Position numbers and translations under genes: made by a program. Under the pieces are notes generated by a model, which ran no database searches, had not been told where the DNA came from, and saw only the letters and a program-made list of their open reading frames with translations. This document shows positions 26,908 through 35,193 of a DNA stretch of 46,218 nt, one piece after another; the first letter of the stretch is position 1, and each line of letters starts with the position of its first letter. Source of the DNA: Candidatus Woesearchaeota archaeon (lineage in GTDB: Archaea; Nanobdellota; Nanobdellia; SCGC-AAA011-G17; PNOQ01); assembly GCA_964497715.1 (NCBI GenBank), contig CAZCDH010000002.1, positions 2,810 to 49,027 of the forward strand, read 5' to 3'.

Positions 26908-27069
26908 ATGTTAGTTGTAAAATCTAAAGTAAAAGAATTTACTGGTGACCTAAACGTAGCTGGAGATTTCGCAGAAGCTCTTGATAAAGAATTAGAAACT
27001 ATAATTACTAGAGCATGTGAAAGATGTAAAGCTAATGGTAGGAAAACTGTACAATCAAGAGATTTATAA
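26908..27069 (+). CDS. Mini histone-fold protein, alpha3-truncated / DUF1931-like (53 aa, not in ORF track)
   Basis: Hand translation gives MLVVKSKVKEFTGDLNVAGDFAEALDKELETIITRACERCKANGRKTVQSRDL*. The ending ANGRKTVQSRDL resembles the HAGRKTIKAEDI L2 region of archaeal histones. An AGGGAGG Shine-Dalgarno site lies 10 nt upstream. Confidence 0.6.
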   Translation: MLVVKSKVKEFTGDLNVAGDFAEALDKELETIITRACERCKANGRKTVQSRDL

Positions 27070-27090
27070 TCTCTTATTTTCTTTTTTTTT
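27057..27090 (+). terminator. Hairpin plus oligo-T terminator candidate
   Basis: The hairpin aagagatt-tat-aatctctt (8-bp stem) spans the stop codon. It is followed by attttcttttttttt. Confidence 0.4.
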
Positions 27091-27135
27091 ATTAACCACA
27101 AATTATTTTAATCATATCACCAATACTATACTTCT

Positions 27136-27540
27136 ATGAAACAAAAAGGGACTAGAGCAGAAAGAGAACTTTTACATTTATTTTGGGAGAATGAATGGGC
27201 GGCTATGAGATCTGCAGGATCAGGATCAACTTCAAGACCATCTCCTGATCTGCTCGCAAGTAAAAATAATGAAACTCTTGCAATAGAATGTAAATCAATA
27301 AAAAGCAAGAGCCAGCATTTTAACAAAAAAGAGATTGATGAATTAAAATTATTTTCAGAACTTTTTGGAGCAACAGCAATAATTGGAATGAGATTTGATG
27401 GACTCGGATGGCATTTCTTGGATGTTGATAATCTAATACCTAACAAAAATGGCAATTACACAATTTCACTAAAACTGGCAGAAAAATCTGGAATAAAATT
27501 CGAGGAGTTGATTGGAAAATACAAACAAGAAAAACTATAA
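27136..27540 (+). CDS. hjc: Holliday junction resolvase Hjc
   Basis: KGTRAERELLHLFWENEWAAMRSAGSG....PDLLA......AIECKS is the PD-(D/E)xK Hjc signature. 134 aa. Confidence 0.85.
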   Translation: MKQKGTRAERELLHLFWENEWAAMRSAGSGSTSRPSPDLLASKNNETLAIECKSIKSKSQHFNKKEIDELKLFSELFGATAIIGMRFDGLGWHFLDVDNLIPNKNGNYTISLKLAEKSGIKFEELIGKYKQEKL

Positions 27541-27602
27541 TCTCCATATTAATAATCTTTTTCTTACCTAGTTTAGCAAACGCTATAGGGATCACAGAAG
27601 TT

Positions 27603-29051
27603 ATGTATGCTCCAACTCAATCAGAAGATTATAACGAATGGATAGAAATCTACAATGACGAAGATCATGAAATAAGAATATCAAATCTGACAATCTGTAA
27701 TAATAACATTTTAGAAGGGTTCATTAATCATTCGAATGGATTGGGTTACCTCCAGAACATCGATACAATACCTCCAAATAGTTTTGCTATAATTACAGAC
27801 GGAGGTTCCGGAACAGAGGCATACGATAACTTTGATATTGCAGAAAACTCAGTATCATTACATACAAGTGGTGCAACAATCTGTGGAGGATTAGCAAACG
27901 AAGATAAACTAATAATTCTAAATTATAATGAAGAACCTGAAGACGCATTACACTATTATTCAAATTGGGGAGCAAGAGATAATGGAAAAACTCTATGCAA
28001 ACTAGATAATTTGTGGAAAGAATGTACACCGACTCCAGGATATCAAAACTCTCAAGAAAACACAATCCATAACTATACCCTCAAAATAAATGAATTCCTT
28101 CCAAATCCAGAAGGATATGATAATGCGCCTATGCCAAAAGGAGAATGGATAGAATTATTTAATTATGGTACAAAAGAACTAGATCTAACAAATGCAACAA
28201 TAAGAGACAACACATTGAATAGGAAATTAATAATCTCAAACACAAACACCTATACACAATTAATAAAACCAAAAGAATATCTTGTTGTTTACTTAAATGG
28301 AGCATATTCAGGATTTCTAAATAATGATGAAGATATAGAAAAAATAATTCTTTTCTCTCCAGAAGACATAGAATTAGATAGGGTAACTTATACAGATACT
28401 AAAGAAGGAGAATCATGGTCGAAAGTAGATAATGTGTGGAGACTAACAAAGCCTACACCTGGAGAAGAAAATCCTGACGATTCAGAGAAAGTGAAAGACT
28501 CAATAATATCAATTGAAAAGCTATATTTAGGATCAGATAATAAAGCAAAATTTGGAGACAATATCCGAGTAAAATTAAATATCTATAAAGGGAATGCAAC
28601 AAAAGAAATGGTCGAGATGTATATACTCTCTGAAGAAGGAAGTAAACTAACTAAAACCACTAAAACAAATCTCGGATCAAAATATACAACTTATGACATC
28701 ACATTACCTTTGCAAATTCTACCTAATTGTAATTTAAACTATCCAAATAAAAATTACACAATAATAGTAAAGGGATTAGACGCAGAAAACAAGATAGAAA
28801 TTCCGATAAATGGAACAACAGACAAATTATGCGAAATAATCCAAGATAAATGTACAGAGGAAGAAGTTGTTGCATTGATGGAGAAGACAGGAGTAGAAAC
28901 AGTTATAAATCTCTCCAAAGACATTACAGGAGAAGTAATTTATGAATCAACAAGCAAGAAAGCTCAGAGATCAGCAATTTACTTTTTTTGCTTGATATTG
29001 ATATTAGTAATAATACAAATGGTCATAGAAAATGGAAAAAATAAAGATTAA
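27603..29051 (+). CDS. Secreted, C-terminally anchored protein with two lamin-tail domains (LTD)
   Basis: ITEVMYAP..SEDYNEWIEIYND..HEIRISNLTI and KINEFLPNPEG......GEWIELFNYGTKELDLTNATIRD match the LTD consensus. C-terminal TM segment AIYFFCLILILVIIQMVI. The true start is probably upstream of the first ATG (see findings). Confidence 0.75.
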   Translation: MYAPTQSEDYNEWIEIYNDEDHEIRISNLTICNNNILEGFINHSNGLGYLQNIDTIPPNSFAIITDGGSGTEAYDNFDIAENSVSLHTSGATICGGLANEDKLIILNYNEEPEDALHYYSNWGARDNGKTLCKLDNLWKECTPTPGYQNSQENTIHNYTLKINEFLPNPEGYDNAPMPKGEWIELFNYGTKELDLTNATIRDNTLNRKLIISNTNTYTQLIKPKEYLVVYLNGAYSGFLNNDEDIEKIILFSPEDIELDRVTYTDTKEGESWSKVDNVWRLTKPTPGEENPDDSEKVKDSIISIEKLYLGSDNKAKFGDNIRVKLNIYKGNATKEMVEMYILSEEGSKLTKTTKTNLGSKYTTYDITLPLQILPNCNLNYPNKNYTIIVKGLDAENKIEIPINGTTDKLCEIIQDKCTEEEVVALMEKTGVETVINLSKDITGEVIYESTSKKAQRSAIYFFCLILILVIIQMVIENGKNKD

Positions 29052-29436
29052 CACAATAATAGAAATAGTGGGCATGCCAAAAGAACACGTAGTAGATACA
29101 ATGCAAAAAGTAGTTGACCTTATAGAAAAAGATGAGGAAATAAAACTAGAAAGCAAAGATACTGCCGAACCTGAACTAGTTAAAGAACTTTGGTCTACGT
29201 TTACAGAATTCGAACTAGAGTTTAAAACCTTCAAAAAATTAACAGGATTTTGCTTTGATTTCATGCCATCTTCAGTAGAAATAATATCTCCAGAAAAACC
29301 AGAACTAAATTCCAAAGATATTGAAGATTTATTGAATGATGTACTTGCTAAAACTCATCAATACGATATGGCATTAAAAAGAATGATACTTGAAAAAAGA
29401 GCAAAAGAAAGACAAGAAAATTCTAAGACGGCTTAA
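29032..29436 (+). CDS. Hypothetical acidic cytoplasmic protein
   Basis: ORF of 134 aa with coding-like composition and no recognisable motif. It overlaps both neighbours. Confidence 0.5.
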   Translation: MEKIKINTIIEIVGMPKEHVVDTMQKVVDLIEKDEEIKLESKDTAEPELVKELWSTFTEFELEFKTFKKLTGFCFDFMPSSVEIISPEKPELNSKDIEDLLNDVLAKTHQYDMALKRMILEKRAKERQENSKTA

Positions 29437-30748
29437 GAAAGGGATATCCTTGATTAGGCCTATTTTTTACTTTTTTATGAAGGAAGTAACCAAGCATAAT
29501 AAGAAGAATCAATATTACTATAACAGAGATTATGCCCTTTATTGATTTTTCTTCTGGTTCAACATAACAAGAACCACTATCAGTATTACATACAAAACCA
29601 GATGGACAATCCAAATCACTTGAACACAACTCAACAACAGATTCTGCAATACAAGCTCCACTTGTCAAATTACAAAAGTACCCTATATTACAATCATCGT
29701 CATTGCCACACCCACTAAAATTATTAGGAATCGCTCCTTCAATTTCAATATAAACGGGAAAATAGTCAAAATCTGAGCCACTATTCAAAGTTATATTCCC
29801 ATAATAATGACCAGGCAACGAATTTAGATTTTCATTTATATTAATATATATTTTACTAGTTTCACCAGCACTAATAGAATCTAAACTAACAATCTCTAAA
29901 TTAAGAACTTCTTCCAAATTACCTGTTAAACCTAAATTAATTTCTGCGACCGAATAATCATAAAAATTACCAACTTCTAAAAACCCTTCTTTACTCTCAT
30001 TAGATGAAATACTTATATTAAAATTATTCACAGCAGAAACAAATGAAACTAAATTACTTTCAGAACTAACATTAGAAGTTTGTAACTCTCCTGCCCAGAC
30101 CAGAACAGAATAAAACTTATCTCCATAAAATATTTCTAAAAATTGATTATCAGTTCGATCAAATATTAAATTATCGACATATACATCAAATATTCCAGAA
30201 TTTCCAGAATTAATATACAAGCTATTACTAGTAAAGTCGATAGAATTTGAATCACTACTTTCTAGAAAAATATCTAAATCTTCAGAACCACTATTTACAA
30301 CAAAAAAATTAAACACTTCGCTAGTTGAAAATGAATCAAGAATGATAACTCCTGGAGATATAGAAAGAGTTTGATTGGACGGAACAATTGAAAACTCACT
30401 AGTTTGATTTGTTTGAACTATGAGATTATTTTTTAGATAAGATAAATCATCTACAAAAAGAGAATAATTTCCTACAATTAAATCCCTATCAAGATTAAAA
30501 TAAATATAATAATGGCCATCATCAAGCTCAAAAACAAATGGAGAGATATCGACAATTTCTCCAGTAGGATTAATTAATTCAAAATTACGATAAGTTATAT
30601 CCTCTAATAACTCTTCAGAATATTCGATCTCTGCCTGAAAGGTTTCACCAGAACTATATTCAGATCTCTCAATCTCAATAGATAGAGGATCTGCACTAAC
30701 TACTGAACAAGCCACTAAAAATATAAAAATATAAAATGCAATTTTCAT
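29423..30748 (-). CDS. Type I membrane surface protein: beta-rich ectodomain, two 4-Cys stalk modules, TM anchor
   Basis: Signal peptide MKIAFYIFIFLVACSVVSA|D. The stalk reads CGNDDDCNIGYFCNLTSGAC and CSSDLDCPSGFVCNTDSGSC. Then TM segment IISVIVILILLIMLGYFL and a short basic tail. Confidence 0.7.
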   Translation of the reverse strand: MKIAFYIFIFLVACSVVSADPLSIEIERSEYSSGETFQAEIEYSEELLEDITYRNFELINPTGEIVDISPFVFELDDGHYYIYFNLDRDLIVGNYSLFVDDLSYLKNNLIVQTNQTSEFSIVPSNQTLSISPGVIILDSFSTSEVFNFFVVNSGSEDLDIFLESSDSNSIDFTSNSLYINSGNSGIFDVYVDNLIFDRTDNQFLEIFYGDKFYSVLVWAGELQTSNVSSESNLVSFVSAVNNFNISISSNESKEGFLEVGNFYDYSVAEINLGLTGNLEEVLNLEIVSLDSISAGETSKIYININENLNSLPGHYYGNITLNSGSDFDYFPVYIEIEGAIPNNFSGCGNDDDCNIGYFCNLTSGACIAESVVELCSSDLDCPSGFVCNTDSGSCYVEPEEKSIKGIISVIVILILLIMLGYFLHKKVKNRPNQGYPFLKPS

Positions 30749-30749
30749 T

Positions 30750-32486
30750 TTATTTCTTTTTTTCCTTTAAGAGATCCTTTGCCTTTTTAATAGAGTCATC
30801 AAGCTCTTTCTCCAACCTACTGTCTTTTCTATTAGGAATATATTTTCTAACATTCGGTCGAGTAATAGCCTGTCTAGCTACAGGATATGAAGGTTTTGGT
30901 AATTCTCTTTTTGGAGCAGGAAACCCACTAGAAGGTTGAGGACCTTTAGGTTTGAACAAATTAAACTTCTTATTTTTATATGCCCAATAACCTGCAAAAC
31001 TACCACCTGCAATAACTATTATGGCTATAAACCAAGCTAACCATCCAAGTCCACCTTCAGAAAGAGTACAGTGACCACTAGTTATATTACAAAATTCACC
31101 ATCATCACAATCACTATCAAGATTACAACCAGAAGGGGCAACAGGAGTTATTTGACAAGTATGTGTAGCTAGATCACAATACTCTCCACTATCACATTGA
31201 TTATCAGAAGTACATTCAAAAGAAATTATCTCACAAGAACAACTATTAGGATTACAAGTATATCCAGTTTGAGTACAATCTACATCAGATCTACACTCAT
31301 CTGTTTCATTACAAGTTTGAACAGTTACACACTGACAATCTATACAAGTTAAATCACCAGTACAAGAAACTCCAATCTCACAAGTTTCATTACCTTCAAG
31401 AATACCATTATTACAAGAACCTTCAACAGGAATAGGAACAGGAACTTCATCACTAAACGCCCCCCACAGAACCATAGAAGTAGTTTTTACACTATCATCC
31501 CAAGAACCTCCAGAAAGTTGATGCAGTCCTAACCAATCTTTAGAATCAGAAACTAACTGACTACTTCCCAAATTTGAACTTCTTAAAGCATGAATAGACA
31601 ATGCAGTAGTATATTCGCTATTATCCCAATTACTTCCTAACTGATTTTCAGTTAACCAATCAGAATACTCGCTACCACTAGTCATTAATAATAAAAATGA
31701 GTTTCCTAAGGCATCATCAGAACAACTAGAATCTAAAAATGGAAGAGTTGCAGCATTTTCACCCAATTCATTTAAAACAAAACTAGCATATCCGGTATAT
31801 GCACAACTACAGGCACCGCCTGCAGAAAAACAACCATTTTCCAGTTCTAAAAGATTACTACCAGAATTTGTAAGATAATAATCTCCAATATATTTTTTAA
31901 ATAATAATGAAGGAGAGAATGAAGCTCCTACACAATCAATAGAAAAACTTTCATAAACATCTGCAGCAGAACCTTTAACGCAACTCTCAAAATTAATCCA
32001 ATGTTCGCCAATACAACCAGGACCACCTACGATCTCAGTACCATTTAATTCGAAAATTGTCGAAGTACCCTCATAATCAACAGAACAAGTTGATTGTTGA
32101 GTTCCGCCAGTAAATCTAACTTGAATCAACCAATCACCATCTTGCATGGCAGGATATCTATTAACTAATAACCAATCAATTTCATCACTAACATTTTCAC
32201 CAAATTTAGACAATGCTAAACTAGCAAGAGAAGTATAATATACATTACCTTCCCAATTATCTACATTTCTAGTAGATTTTAATTTTTCTATACCTTCACT
32301 AACATCATAACCAAAATTTCTCAAAGCAAGAACAGATAATGCAACCTCATCAGTATCTTTATTCCATTCAACTTCGTCCATTTCAGAAAAAAGCCAATCT
32401 GTTGCAGAAGTAACATTGAGTTCTGCAGAAACAAGACTAGGTAAACCAAAAAATATTAAACAAAATAATAAAATAATCTTTTTCAT
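30750..32486 (-). CDS. Type I membrane surface protein: alpha/alpha-toroid (prenyltransferase/terpene-cyclase-like repeat) ectodomain, Cys-rich stalk, TM, Pro/Lys-rich tail
   Basis: Signal peptide ...LPSLVSA|E. Repeats of the form ..ALSVLALRNFGY.., ..YYTSLASLALSKFG.. and ..TTALSIHALRSS..SGGSWDD. The stalk contains CTSDNQCDSGEYCDLATHTC and CNLDSDCDDGEFCNITSGHC. TM segment WLAWFIAIIVIAGGSFAGYWAY. Confidence 0.65.
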   Translation of the reverse strand: MKKIILLFCLIFFGLPSLVSAELNVTSATDWLFSEMDEVEWNKDTDEVALSVLALRNFGYDVSEGIEKLKSTRNVDNWEGNVYYTSLASLALSKFGENVSDEIDWLLVNRYPAMQDGDWLIQVRFTGGTQQSTCSVDYEGTSTIFELNGTEIVGGPGCIGEHWINFESCVKGSAADVYESFSIDCVGASFSPSLLFKKYIGDYYLTNSGSNLLELENGCFSAGGACSCAYTGYASFVLNELGENAATLPFLDSSCSDDALGNSFLLLMTSGSEYSDWLTENQLGSNWDNSEYTTALSIHALRSSNLGSSQLVSDSKDWLGLHQLSGGSWDDSVKTTSMVLWGAFSDEVPVPIPVEGSCNNGILEGNETCEIGVSCTGDLTCIDCQCVTVQTCNETDECRSDVDCTQTGYTCNPNSCSCEIISFECTSDNQCDSGEYCDLATHTCQITPVAPSGCNLDSDCDDGEFCNITSGHCTLSEGGLGWLAWFIAIIVIAGGSFAGYWAYKNKKFNLFKPKGPQPSSGFPAPKRELPKPSYPVARQAITRPNVRKYIPNRKDSRLEKELDDSIKKAKDLLKEKKK

Positions 32487-32548
32487 GTAACCACCGTCTT
32501 TTATTAGATTTAGTTAGAAAAGATTATTTAAAAAGGTTTTTGTTTTAA

Positions 32549-33172
32549 ATGACAAATTTAATTAAGAAAGGAAACCAAGAAATGAATATGTTACCAAAAT
32601 ACTTAGAAAAATCAGTTAAAGAAATGACTTACTTAACAAAGGGAAGTAGAGGAGTGATATATACCGGGATCTACAAAAATAAAAAAGTTGCAATAAAAAC
32701 AAAAAGTCCAGAATCTGAAGCAATTGGTAGATTAAAAAATGAATCTGAATTTCTAAAATTATTAAATAAATACAATATTGGTCCAATTCTATTAAAATCT
32801 GGAAAAGAATACATAATCTATGAATTTGTCGAAGGAGAATTCCTGCCGGAATTTCTAGAAAAAGAGAAGGACAAAAAGAAGAGGAAAAAGATAATAATCA
32901 ACATATTAAAACAGGCCAGGAAATTAGATAAATTAAAAATAAATAAGTTAGAATTTACAAGACCGTTAAAACATGTTCTAATTAAATATCCAAAAGTTAA
33001 AATCTTAGATTTTGAAAGATGTTATTATACCGAGAGTCCAAAAAATGTTACTCAGTTTTGTCAGTTTTTGATTAATAGAAAACTAATGAAAAAAGAAATC
33101 AAACTACTTCAACAATATAAAGAACACCAGACAGAAAAAAACTTTAAAGAGATAATAATGAAAATAAACTAA
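32549..33172 (+). CDS. Atypical small protein kinase-like protein (RIO/Bud32-like)
   Basis: A Gly-loop plus Lys pattern KGSRGVIYTG...VAIK and a later ..ILDFE.. The catalytic loop is not canonical, so this is a weak call. Confidence 0.4.
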   Translation: MTNLIKKGNQEMNMLPKYLEKSVKEMTYLTKGSRGVIYTGIYKNKKVAIKTKSPESEAIGRLKNESEFLKLLNKYNIGPILLKSGKEYIIYEFVEGEFLPEFLEKEKDKKKRKKIIINILKQARKLDKLKINKLEFTRPLKHVLIKYPKVKILDFERCYYTESPKNVTQFCQFLINRKLMKKEIKLLQQYKEHQTEKNFKEIIMKIN

Positions 33173-33984
33173 GAACTGGTCAAACCATAACATTTATCTC
33201 TAAAATTGCAAGAGGAACATTTATTTTTATTAGAAGTGATCGGGGGCAATTTTCCCTTCAATATATTATTAACATTTTGAACAGTACTGATAACATTCTC
33301 TCTAATAAATGGATTCATTGAAATTTTCCGCCTCTCGTCATGATCTATATAATGAACATACCCTTCCTTAACATTTTTATGCATTTCTTCAACTAACAAA
33401 GACATATAAGATTCAAGTTGTATTCTATCTCCTGGCCAAACTCCTTCTTTTGGCATTCTACCAGATTTTAATTCAATAGGTGTATATTCGCCATTATGTA
33501 TTTCAATTCTATCTATAGCACCTTTAAGATCTAAAGCATAAGAACTCAAAGTAACCTCTGTTAAAATCTTTGGAGATAATCTACTCCATAAACTTTCTCC
33601 ATAAACTTTCTCTCTAATCATGCACCCATAAACATTTGCTGCACGATCTCTCGCCTCGCGCAAAAACATTGGCCACATTTTATGAAAAATACCAGTAGAA
33701 TCAACACCAAGCTCAATTAATTCATCCTTCATAGTTTCAAGAATTTCAAAGAAAATTCTCGAATACTCTTTTCTAAAAACCATAATTACCTCTTCTAAAG
33801 GCATAAAACTAATAATTCCACTAACAATCTCTTTATCTAAAGAATTAACTTTATCAAATATCTCGTGTTTTAATCTTCCCCAGATAATCGCCTCCTTAGG
33901 AATTGGAGAAACTTTCAAAACATATTGTAAGTACAATTTTCTTTTACAATACAAATAACTAGAAAGCATATTTACCGAGATCAT
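33169..33984 (-). CDS. cas4: Cas4-family PD-(D/E)xK exonuclease with 4-Cys cluster (stand-alone)
   Basis: N-terminal Cys (YLYCKRKLY), GAIDRIE...PIELKSG (D..ExK), QLESY (QhxxY), and C-terminal CSSCNFRDKC (Cx2Cx5C). Confidence 0.75.
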   Translation of the reverse strand: MISVNMLSSYLYCKRKLYLQYVLKVSPIPKEAIIWGRLKHEIFDKVNSLDKEIVSGIISFMPLEEVIMVFRKEYSRIFFEILETMKDELIELGVDSTGIFHKMWPMFLREARDRAANVYGCMIREKVYGESLWSRLSPKILTEVTLSSYALDLKGAIDRIEIHNGEYTPIELKSGRMPKEGVWPGDRIQLESYMSLLVEEMHKNVKEGYVHYIDHDERRKISMNPFIRENVISTVQNVNNILKGKLPPITSNKNKCSSCNFRDKCYGLTSS

Positions 33985-34035
33985 AAGTATAGTTAGTTAC
34001 TAAAAACTTATAAAAATACCTATAATCAAAAAAAA

Positions 34036-35154
34036 CTACTCTAGAACGTATATTTCTCTCTCAATCTTACTTTTTTGATCTGCATAAACTAAAGGAAACT
34101 TAATTTCGCTCCCCAAATCAGCAATCTTAAAATTTGCACGCGCCAACATAGAATCAAAATCAAATTTTACCTTTTTCTTATTATTTACTCTAAAAACCGG
34201 AACAATTAAAGCAAGTTTTTTACCAGATCTAAGAATTGGGCGCAAACTCTTTAAGAAATCAGAGTATAGAATCTCAAGCTCTCTAGATATCTTGAGAGCT
34301 TCAATATTACTTGGATTATTCTTAAGAAATGGACCCATATAAGGTTCGCTAGCAACAGCATCAACTGAACCCTTACTGAAATAACTAGAAAGATTGGTAG
34401 AACTACCTTTAAACAATCTGAAACCTCTTTTAATATTATAATGTTTATTTATCCAATTACAATTTTTTTGACTAATCTTCGCACTCTTCTCATCTATATC
34501 TACCCCAACAACATTAGAACCTATTAACATTGCTTCTTGTAAAATAACTCCAGTTCCACAAAATGGATCTAACAATAATTCATCTTTTTTAGCCTGAGAC
34601 AAATTAACTAAAATTTTTGATAACCTAATAGAAGTATTTTTCATAAAATCATTTACTGGCCTTTCCAAGTCTCTCTTTTTATACTCTGAAGGATTTGAAC
34701 GAGCAATAACTTTAGCAACATATCTCCCATATAATAAAAATTCAAGCATATCTTCACTAACATCTCTTGGATCCAAAGTTTTATTTGTTCGCTTTTTGTA
34801 TTGTGCCCTTATTTTCTGCTCTTTGAACCACTTCTTAAGATATACTTCAAAGTCACTCCTCAAATAATCATCACCATAAGAACTCATACCATATTTTATA
34901 TTAGACTTAAAACCATCATAAGGTATTAACTCATTAAAATCACCTTCAGAAATCACTATCCCTATCTTAACACACCCTCCAAGGTCAGAAATAACTTTGT
35001 TAACTTTGAACGCCTTTTCATTTAATAAGAATACGGCAACTTCTTTGTTATGTCCCTTGATCTCATAAACAATATTTCTAGAAATAAAATATGAAACTAT
35101 TTCAGCAAATGACAATTCTGGATCCCTACCAAATACAAATATATACTCTCTCAT
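34036..35154 (-). CDS. SAM-dependent RNA (guanine-N2-type) methyltransferase, Trm11/Trm14-like
   Basis: LLDPFCGTGVILQEA and VGVDID motifs, an EPYMGP motif, and an N-terminal domain beginning FVFGRDPELSFAEI. Confidence 0.55.
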   Translation of the reverse strand: MREYIFVFGRDPELSFAEIVSYFISRNIVYEIKGHNKEVAVFLLNEKAFKVNKVISDLGGCVKIGIVISEGDFNELIPYDGFKSNIKYGMSSYGDDYLRSDFEVYLKKWFKEQKIRAQYKKRTNKTLDPRDVSEDMLEFLLYGRYVAKVIARSNPSEYKKRDLERPVNDFMKNTSIRLSKILVNLSQAKKDELLLDPFCGTGVILQEAMLIGSNVVGVDIDEKSAKISQKNCNWINKHYNIKRGFRLFKGSSTNLSSYFSKGSVDAVASEPYMGPFLKNNPSNIEALKISRELEILYSDFLKSLRPILRSGKKLALIVPVFRVNNKKKVKFDFDSMLARANFKIADLGSEIKFPLVYADQKSKIEREIYVLE

Positions 35155-35193
35155 TTTAAATAATTTTAAATATATTCCTCTAACTCCTATATT

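Noticed and set aside
26883-27101. 72-aa minus-strand track ORF in the lysS-hjc spacer
   Set aside because: The opposite strand carries a 53-aa histone-fold-like ORF with a strong Shine-Dalgarno site and a terminator. The minus-strand product has no signals or motifs.
27126-27455. 109-aa minus-strand ORF antisense to hjc
   Set aside because: Hjc motifs are clear on the plus strand, so the antisense ORF is most likely spurious.
33169-33984. A CRISPR-Cas locus around cas4
   Set aside because: I found no direct-repeat/spacer array and no other cas genes anywhere in the window.
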